Below are positions 22,331-31,295 of a stretch of 31,295 nucleotides of DNA, one piece after another. Source of the stretch: Paraspadella gotoi (lineage: Eukaryota; Animalia; Chaetognatha); assembly GCA_051294375.1 (NCBI GenBank), contig JBJCIZ010001363.1:2459-33753 (forward strand), written 5' to 3'. The position numbers and the translations under genes were made by a program. The notes below the pieces were generated by a model, which had not been told where the DNA came from, searched no databases, and was given only the letters and a program-made list of their open reading frames with translations. Positions within the stretch are counted from its first letter, which is position 1. Every line of letters begins with the position of its first letter.

Positions 22331-23119
22331 TTATTTATCTTATTTATTAACTGTATATATATTTATTCTATTACTATTTATTATTTATTTAATGTATTTA
22401 TCGTTCACGTCCCCATTTCGTTTTTTTAACTTAAATAATTAACTCTATTAAAATGCATATATTTCGCGTTATCTTTTTCGCAGCCAGCTTTTTCTGCATC
22501 TTGCGTCTCGTTCTAACCAACATATTTCGATGCTTGTACTGCTATTTTTTATAACCGAAGGCAAATTGCATGCCGAATGTCAATAACTTCTCTCTCCTTT
22601 CTGCAAATTATTGACGCCCATTTCTGCTATGCATTCAACCAATATTTGATGCTACGACTAAGATGAGAACTATTATCGGGTAATAACAAAGCATGATCTG
22701 ATGCTACGATGGATAACAAATGATTTAGCATCTTGGAATGATAAGTTCAACTTCAATTTTGCGACCTGAGTGAAATGCAGTAAATAAAATATCAATTGAT
22801 ATACGGGAATGACATTAGTCACTTCATAGATTGCTAGATGAGCGAGAAGTAAGTCGATTTCATTGACGCGCATGAATCATTTCATCGCTAAAGAATAAAA
22901 AAGAGAATCAAGATGCGTGCCTATGGAGTGAAGAGAGTGGCAAACGAGAAGGAGACGAGACGAGAGAGAGCGGAGAAGAGAGCGGGAGAAGAGAAGAGGC
23001 TGGAGCATGGATGATTTCCCGCCAACGAAACGCGAGATGGAGGATAGGAGAGCAATTATTTAGTCGTCTCTCGTGTCTTATATAAAGGAATAATTCACAA
23101 TTATTTAGAACTGCAAAAA

Positions 23120-24404
23120 AAGTCCAACGAAAAGTCTCGCGAGTAAATGGGATTTTGATTGCAGAAAAAAGCGGAGCGGAATAACATGACGATAAGTGAA
23201 AATTTGATTTAGCAAGGCAAAAAAACGAGAGGGGCGAGGTGTGAGAGGGCAAAGAGAGAGAGGAGATCGGGAGAGGACGAGGAGAAAAGAGAGAGAGAGT
23301 GAATAAAAAGAGAGAGCACGAGAGAGACGAGATTTAGAGAGAAGCCTGCGACAGCCGCTGGACCGCCCCCGCCTTGCCGACCGCCCCGCGCTGCAGAGAA
23401 TGAACTCATTTTTGCGGCATATGAATATGACGTTAGGCGACAAACTCTTTTCCCGTTGCGCATAAAAGATAGGTTACTAAATAATATTGGGTATAGAGCC
23501 ATAATAAAATTTTGTTGTACATGAAAGTAAACTTAAAATCGAAAATTTTGTTTAAGCCCATGTTTCTATACTAATTTTTGAGTTCACCACATTGAGATTC
23601 TGGTGTGAACGCCTGATTCGAGAAGCATAAAGGCACGCTTAACTTTTTTCAACTAATAATAGCGATCCAAATAATTATAATGACCGTAACTTTGGAAACA
23701 AATATATAGTATTGAAATAACTCAGTTAACGACTTATGAGTATTTTTGACTTCCATAATATTTTTATTTTACTGATGCAAAAATTTTTATTTCCTCATTT
23801 AAAAAATTTTTTAATCTTGAATGAAATTTTGATTGTTCGTTTTTTAGGAAGAAAACCAGATCGAGGTTAATTATTATATATTGGCATATTCTGATTATTT
23901 ATAAATAGTTTATCACAATTCAAATAATTATGTATTTTTAAAAAAAGATAAAAATGATTAATATATAACTAAAAATAGTTAGTCATTATAATAGTAAAAT
24001 TAATTTAATGATAAGTTTAAATTTAATGATGCCCGATCATGTAAATACGTGGTATAAGTGCATTAATGCATCTATAAGTCTCACTTTTTTTTAAAATGTA
24101 TCACGGAAAATCTGAGATGTGAAAAGATTTGGGGATTTTGTATTGTAGAAAAAAGCCACCGAATGGAATCGCTGGATAATAAAAGTTTTTAGAAGGAAAG
24201 AAACGCTATCAGATTTTTCAAAAATATAGAACGATAGCAAGCAGAGAGAGAAAGAGAAGACGGCAGAAGAAGAGCAGAGAGAGGAAGAGAGAGTGAAGAG
24301 GCCAGAGAGCGAACTCGTTTACTCGTCGGGAGCCCTCGAGTACGAGCGTGGTTGAAAAAAAAGTGACTAAAAAATTATTTTTTTGTGTAAAGAAAAAGAG
24401 CATA

Positions 24405-24435
<31 letters not shown>

Positions 24436-25551
24436 GGAGAGAGAGAGAGAAGAGACAAGAGTGCAGAGAAGATTAGGAGAGCAGAGAGAGAGCGGAACTC
24501 GTTTACTCGTCGGCCTATGTGCAGAGCCGGCCCTGCGTGCAAAAAAAAGCTGAATAATTTATTTTTTTGTAAAAAAAGAGAGAGAGAGAGATAGAGAGAG
24601 AAAGAGAGAGAGAGCAGAGAGAGAGGGAGTGTGCCGAGGAGCAGAGAGAGCCTAGAACTCGTATTAATGACAAATTCAGAAAAAGGCAGTGCCAATCAAA
24701 ATATATATTTTTTTTTTATGAAAGAAAAGAAATAATCAGAAAAAAAAAAAAAAAAATTATTTTCAAAAAACGAACGATCACGCAAGAGATCGTAGAGAAA
24801 GAGACAGACGCACAAAGAGAGAGAGACAGAGAGAGACTGAGAGAGACTGAGAGAGACTGAGAGAGACCCCAGAAAAAGCAGCGCCTGAAAAAAATATATA
24901 TATAATTAAAAAATAAATAAAAGAAAGCTAAAAAATGTTACAATGGTTTACAATTGGAAATTTTTACAATTTTTCCAATCATAGGTTGTTAACGATTTTA
25001 TTTTTATTTGTATTAAAATTAAGATATAGATTCTCATTAAAAATTTCCTTAGAGTTCCCATTTTTATTATAGATTTAAAAAGAAATTTTTGAATTTCATC
25101 TTCAATATTATTTACTGCAATATTTAAATTAGATTAAAGCATTTCTATATACTAATTTGGATATTATAATGAGTACTATAATCTCATTTGCATATTGCGG
25201 TAAATCAAAATGAAGTGGAAATTCAAACAAAAAATACTTAAATCCAAATGTTATAAGAAAATATCATAGCTATTTCAAGATGAGAAGCCATATCGAAATT
25301 TTTAACTTACTATGATCGCACACTTTTGTAAAACTTTATCATAATTCATAATAATTTTTACTTAAAAAAAAAACGGTAAGTCCCAGCCAAACCTATAAAA
25401 GCGTAGTAGTTTTTATATAAAAACAGCGTGACGCCGACGACGACGATGACGCCAACGACCACGCCGACGACGACGACGATGCCGACGTCACAAAGAAGCT
25501 GACCCGAAACAAAATCAAGCCTGAACCGGCTTTGCCGGTCATGGCTCGATA
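23120..25551 (-). mobile_element. Family 2 HINE-like copy or copies, reverse strand (rearranged; left limit uncertain)
   Basis: 5' hairpin atcaagcctgaaccggc-ttt-gccggtcatggctcgat (25514-25550), (GAC)n at ~25429-25490, GA-rich blocks, and the ccacgaaaatct..gggatttt block at ~24102 and ~23123. The stretch ~23450-24090 may be unrelated. Confidence 0.6.
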
Positions 25552-25759
25552 TTTCTCTATTCTCTATTTCTTTAATCCACAACTAGTCAGCCAAACAATC
25601 AGCTAGGCAAAAAGATAATCAACAGAATCAAAGTGCATCCTGCAGTTCACATAGTGATAATTAGCAGCTAAAAGAGAGTTATGTCAGCAATTTAACTGGC
25701 AATCTTGATAACCTGATAAGTCTTTTCCAATTTCAAGTCCCGAGAATCTTTATCTTTAT

Positions 25760-26828
25760 GTGTCGTCTTCGTCGGCGTCATCGTCGGCGTCGGCATCACT
25801 CTGTTTTTATATAAAAACTACTACGCTTTTATAGGTTTGGCTGGGACTTACAGTTTTTTTAAATAAAAATTATTTGATGAAATAGACTAAAGTTTTAGCA
25901 AAGTGTTGCGATCATAGTATGTAAAAATTTAGATTAGGCCCTTCCTCATCTCTGCCAAATAGCTTTTGATAGTTTTTCTTATACGTTTGCGATTTCTAAG
26001 TATTTTTGCTTTGAAATTTCCACTTCATTATACGCATTTACTGCAATATGCAAACTGAGATTATTAGCCTACCATTATAATATCCAAATTTAACCAAATT
26101 TGTTCATTTGCCGGTGGCCATTTGTCTCACGCCAATGACCGAAGTGCTTTCCATTGTATTTCGATCCGATCCGTGGATCCGATCCGTGATCCTATCCTGA
26201 TCCGCATTTTAATGTTCTGAGTCTTGATTCATCTGCGCATGGTATATTAGAAATGCTTTAATCTAATTTACATATTGCAGTATATATTATTGAAGATGAA
26301 AATTCAAAAAAAAATTTTAAATCTATAATAAAAATGGGAACTCAAAGCGAACTTTTTAATTGAGAAAGCTATATCTTCAATTTGTAATACAAATTAAAAA
26401 TAAAATCTTTTACAAGCTATGATTGTCGGAAAAATTGGAAAAATTTTCAATTGTAACAATTGTACATTTTTTTCCTCGCTTTCTTTTATTTCTTAAATTA
26501 TATATAGATTTTTCTGCCTATTTTTGTCAGCTTGCTAGCCTTTTCTGAACCTTTTTAAAAAACGAGTTCAGGCCTGCGCAGTGACTGTTCAGCTGCCTTC
26601 CAGAGGCTGTCCAGCTTTCTTTTCTCTCTCTGTTTCTGTCTGTCTCTCTCTTTCTGTCTCCTCTCTCTCTGTACGATCTTCTTGCGTGATCGTTTTTTGA
26701 AAACTTTGATTATTTTTTTCCTTTTATAAACTTTTATCGCCATTTATTCGCCGCTTTTTTCTCAATGCAAAATCCCAAATTTACATCCTGAGATTTTCGT
26801 GGATTTTTTCTCTTTCTTCTTTTTTCTT

Positions 26829-26859
<31 letters not shown>

Positions 26860-27280
26860 TTCTTTCTCTCTCGCCGCGCGCCGCTGCCGCCCGGCGCCGC
26901 CGCGCGGGCGCCTGCCCGCACGCCAGACACCCACCAGGGCGGGTGAGTAGAGGGAGGCAGGCCGAAAGAAGACTATGCAGCGGCACCCAATGGACATGGG
27001 GCACCCTACAAGTTCGCCTAACAATTGGAGATATCATTCCACCATCAAGAATTGCACTATTGTGTCATCGCCATCAACATTTGTTATTATCATATCCCAA
27101 TCATTTCGGTTTATAATACATCGGAAGTCATTTGGGCTATTTCATCGCCCCTATCACATTTATTGGTTATCATTACTCAATCATTGGTTATCATCGCCCA
27201 TCAATCCTTTGGTAACTCATCGCATCAAATATTTGGATTATCACTAAGGAGGCTCCGATCCTATTCTTTTAAGATTTTTA
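25760..27280 (+). mobile_element. Family 2 HINE-like copy, forward strand, lacking the 5' hairpin
   Basis: Reverse complement of ~24100-25450 (perfect 50/50 between 25377-25426 and 25801-25850). Ends ggctccgatcctattcttttaagattttt, similar to the reverse complement of 2725-2755 (ggctcgagtcttgagtcttttagattttt). Confidence 0.65.
27030..27245 (+). repeat. Degenerate ~20-25-bp tandem repeat near the Family 2 3' end
   Basis: Recurring ttatcatcgcccaatcattt(g)gg-like units. Confidence 0.55.
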
Positions 27281-27532
27281 TGTCTTGTCGCGCCAATGTA
27301 AGTGCAATTTAAAAACGGAATTCTATATTATGAATTACCAGTTATTATTATCATTTCAAATTGAATAATAAAAAAACATTTACTTTCCGAAATATCCTTG
27401 CCCTCAATCTTTATCCCTAATTTTTAACTTAAACCTGTCACCCTAATTACTTGTCTTTAATCCAAATCCCTAACCCTAATTACAAACCCTTTTACTTAAT
27501 CTTTAACGAAAAAATTAACCTAATTCCAACAG

Positions 27533-27736
27533 TAATGGGAGCAGCAAACACTACAACAGCAATGGCAGCAACAACCGTAATATCAGTTACCACAGCTCCA
27601 CAAAAAATAACTCCAAATAAAACTGTGAACACGCCAGCCAGAACAGAGGCAGAGGCATCAACTATGGCCACAACAACAACAGCAACTGTAATCAAAGTCA
27701 ATTCTTCTCACAGCTGTAATAACAGTTCGGATCTTG
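27533..27736 (+). CDS. Weak candidate internal exon encoding a Thr/Ala-rich (mucin-like) segment
   Basis: ctaattccaacAG acceptor (AG 27531-27532), GTATGA donor (27737), 204 nt, open frame MGAANTTTAMAATTVISVTTAPQK...SSDL, phase 1 at both ends. It could equally be degenerate (ACA/GCA)n low-complexity DNA. Confidence 0.25.
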
Positions 27737-29099
27737 GTATGAAAAAAAATATTCTTTTCCAGAAAGTTAAGTACAATATTTTTTTATCAATCACGTAGGT
27801 CCCGTTTGGCGGCACTCAGGCTTCAAGGATTATAAATCTTGGCAATTATTAATCAAAAACAATACTTTAAATATCAATTTGACTTACCCAAGGTAAAAAC
27901 AATCAATTATTCAATTTAAATGTTTACTTAGATTTGGTGGGGTCATAGAAGATGTTTTTGGATTTTTCACTCCGAAGTCAGAACTCCGGATACTGATTTC
28001 TTAATGTCTTGTGAATACAGGGAAAAAAGTTTGACCTCCAAGCTTTGACTGAAAATGAAGAGTTACGGGGCGAAAATCGAGAAAAATTGCAAATTTAAAA
28101 AATTGTTTAAACCAGAATATTATTACAAGTATTTAAGTTTATCAATGTTTAGCTAATATTTAAACCATACTTATCGGCTAAAACTTATATATTTATCAAA
28201 AAATATTAAAAAAAAAAATTTTAAAGTTTTTCCAGTATTTTTTAACTTTTAAGGTTTTTTAAATCTTTAACCTTATGTTCTTTAAACAGCCTCGCATTCA
28301 GAAAAAAAAACTACTTTTTCCAGTATTGTTCAGTTACTATTAACAAAATTAATTTAATTTGCACCATAATATAAATTAGGGCTAAATACGGATTGGTTAA
28401 AACCATCTCCAGCTATTTCTAATCATGTAAGAGTAACATTTTGCAAATTTTAGGAAAAAAAATCATGTCCATTTTTGTCCATTTTCACTTTCGTCTTCAG
28501 ATTTGAATGCCAAGGAAAGTTGAGAAATTTTTTTTATTTCGGAATTCCTTTCTTCCTTATCTTCTTCACCCTCGAGAAAAATATTTTTCTTATATCATTC
28601 ATAGTTCACTTATGATTTAATTTTAAAGTTGACAAGTCAAAAAGTCGCAGTTTTAGTTTTTATTATAATTTATTAAACAAATATAGTTTAAATTAGCCTA
28701 AACTGACAGAAAATATAGCCCACATAATAAGCTTTTAACACCTACAAAATTATCAAAAAAACTCTTTTTGTTTAGCAATAAATAATTTTTAAAGACGCAA
28801 TTAATTTGTGACTTTTTGTGACTTGCATTTATTTTTAATAAAGATAAGATGTTAAATTTATTTTATAGTTTTAACAGTTGAGTAACATATTGACGTTAAT
28901 AAACAAAAAAAAAACCTTTAAACCAATGGAAAGCGTCAGGACTTGTTTTTTCTCAAAATCGACAAAATTTTATGCAAAATCTGTCGATTTACTAAATATG
29001 CTTGGCAACCAAAATTGAAATAAAATCATGAGATACCGTAAATTTCTTTTCTTATAATGCATATTAATGAATTTCTTTGATTTGGCTCAAAGTAGATGC

Positions 29100-29450
29100 A
29101 GAAAATTAGTGGGAGGGAACAGGAAATGAAGAACAAGAAAAGGAGAAGGGGAGAGAATGAAAGAGAAAGGGGGAAAAGCATAAAAAAGAAGGCAAAGGGG
29201 AAAAAAATATGGAGATAAAGGAAAGGCGGAAACAGAAGGGAAAAATGGAAAGAAAAAGAGGGGGGAAAAAAAAAGAGAAGGAGAGAAGGCGAGAAAAAGG
29301 ATAAGGAAAGTCAAATGGTGGCAGAGAAAGGTAGGGTCGTAGAAAAGGTAAGTTACGGTGTGAAAAGTTGGGGAGGAAAGAGGAAGATAAAAATAGAAAA
29401 GAGATGAAGAAAAATAATCAGGGAAACGGTATGAAAGGAAAAAAAATTGT
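29100..29450 (+). repeat. Purine-rich (G/A) low-complexity tract
   Basis: Predominantly A/G on the + strand. Confidence 0.8.
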
Positions 29451-29672
29451 ATCAGATAATGTGGCGTCTTTTTTTATGTAAATAAAAGCCATAAAAATTA
29501 AAAGGAGGAATTTGCTACCATAAAAATTAATTCATACTTTCATCTCAAATTAGGTAGTTAATGAGATTAGATTGATAATCTCCGAAGAAATCTTGTCTTA
29601 CCATGTTTTTAATTCATCGAAATTTAAATGAACAGCACTAGGTATTAAGAATGAGATAACCATAGCAAACCG

Positions 29673-31040
29673 TTTTTAGTCGGATCTGCTTTCAGCAGAT
29701 CCCGACTCTATAATTCACTTTGTCGGTCCGTCGGTCTGCCCCCTCAATATTGTTGGGCACTCACTTATATCTTGTCAGAACATCCAATTATTATAAATTA
29801 TGCAAAAAAAAACAATGTTTGTCCATGCGTCTGTCTGTCCGAACATCCGTCCGTCCCACCTTAGCAAAAAACACCATTTACTCGTGATTGGATGGATGGA
29901 TTGGAATAAAATTTTATGTGTGGGTAGGGAAGTGTGTGATAGAGCTGTATATGAAGTTTAGATGGAATCGTTCGAGTGGAAATGAGTTTAAATGGAAAAT
30001 ACAAAAAAATATATTTCACTATTTTGAACCAATACTCATGAGTGATGGGTGCGATTAAATTGAAATTTTGTATTTGGGTAGAAAAGCGTGTGATTAAACG
30101 GGAAGTCAATTTCGATGGAATCGTTTGAGTGAAAAATGATTTAAATGGAAAAAAACAAAGAACCTATTTCACAACAATTGATTATGCTTCTTTTTCTTTT
30201 TATTTTAAATGTATATGCAGGATGTATTATAAATCAAAATTACTCAGTTAATTAATCAATTAGTAATATAATCAAACTAATTAATTAATTAGTCAATCAA
30301 TCCGTCCATCCGTCCCACCTTAGCAAAAAACTCCAAATAACTCGATGATTGCTGTTGGATTGGAATTAAATTTTGTGTGTGGTAGGAAAGTGTTGATAAA
30401 AGCTGATATAAAGTTTCGATGGAATCGTAGTTGAGTGAGAATTAGTTTAAATGAAAAACATATAATCGCATTTACTAAAATCTTTTTACTGTATTTTAAC
30501 CAATAAATACTCTACATTATTCATAATTGGATGGATAGATTGAGTTGAATTTGTGTGTGGGTAGGAAAAGTGTGTACGAAGCTGATAAAGTTTCGGTGAA
30601 ACGTACCAGTGGAAATGAAAAAATATGAGTCACATTACTTGAATTCTTTTTATTATCTTAAACCCATGATAGATTGAGATGAAATTTTGTGAGCCGGTAG
30701 GAAAGTGAGTGAAAAAGCTAGATATAAGTTTATTACGGAATGCAAGTTGAAAAAATGATATCAAGTTAAAAATCTTAAAGCATAAGGATCGTCGCAATTT
30801 AGCTACAAAAATAGAGAGAGAGAGAGAGAGAGAAGAGAGGAAAGATGAGTGAGTTAGAGAAGAGAGAGAGAAAATAGTAGATGAGTGAGAGAGAGAAGGA
30901 AACATAGTAATATTTAGAGATTTTGTTTTGTTGTTGGTCACAATGATAAACAAAACATTTAATAACTGTCCTGATCAATTTTACAGGACAATCGAATGAT
31001 GACAAGCTGAATATAAATTATAATTAGTTATTAAAATTAA
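29673..31040 (+). mobile_element. Family 1 HINE copy E (cleanest 5' end; 3' terminus absent)
   Basis: tttttagtcggatctgc-tttca-gcagatcccgact, (GTCY)n at ~29820-29856, five internal units, (GA)n at ~30813-30900, and aacatttaataactgtcctga..gatgacaagctgaat as at 4050-4110. No nested Family 2. Confidence 0.85.
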
Positions 31041-31295
31041 TTCTTGTTAAATCTTTTACCACTGATAATAACTTAAAAAATAAGTCAAAATATTTGGCAA
31101 AAAATATACTTTTTGTACTTGCAAATACAATTATGTCAAAATTATATTGTGGGTATGAATAAACGAGTTTTTGAAAGGAAGGAAGGAACTGCTCTGTCAT
31201 TATCTTGTACACTACCGCGCAAAAAAATAATTTTTCTCATAAAAAAAAAACCGTATTGGATTGTTCTAGTTGGTTGGTGACTTCGCCATTACGAT

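Noticed and set aside
26734-27312. Cluster of overlapping ORFs on both strands
   Set aside because: They arise from (TTTC)n, a GC patch and a short tandem repeat that lack stops; no recognisable domain.
27400-27500. Telomeric repeat tract
   Set aside because: Only scattered ccctaa hexamers, too degenerate to call an interstitial telomere.

Overview
AT-rich eukaryotic (probably animal, insect-like) non-coding DNA that is almost entirely a nest of non-autonomous transposable elements, with two assembly gaps (14003-14027, 20429-21240) and indel-rich divergence suggestive of long-read gap filling. No ORF in the supplied track is a credible protein; most are (GA)n/(TC)n or (GTCC)n microsatellite read-throughs. 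Main content: (i) Family 1, a Helentron/DINE-1-like (HINE) element with 5' TTTTA-GTCGGATCTGC plus adjacent inverted copy, (GTCC)n microsatellite, ~160-bp internal tandem units, and 3' GCAGATCCGAC plus GTTTG-CT-CAAAC stem-loop, in about ten full or partial copies including a head-to-tail pair; (ii) Family 2, a second HINE-like element with different termini, nested in Family 1 and forming a head-to-head inverted pair at ~24.1-27.3 kb; (iii) two minimal type I hammerhead ribozyme motifs with palindromic ACAUGU helix III, as in Penelope-like elements (cores 7552-7587 and 15900-15933); (iv) a candidate ~650-bp miniature LTR element (TRIM-like) at 7668-8314; (v) a Tc1/mariner-type element with perfect 33-bp TIRs and TA flanks spanning the large gap; (vi) several tandem, direct and inverted duplications; (vii) one weak candidate Thr/Ala-rich exon. 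All calls come from reading by eye, and internal repeat boundaries are approximate.
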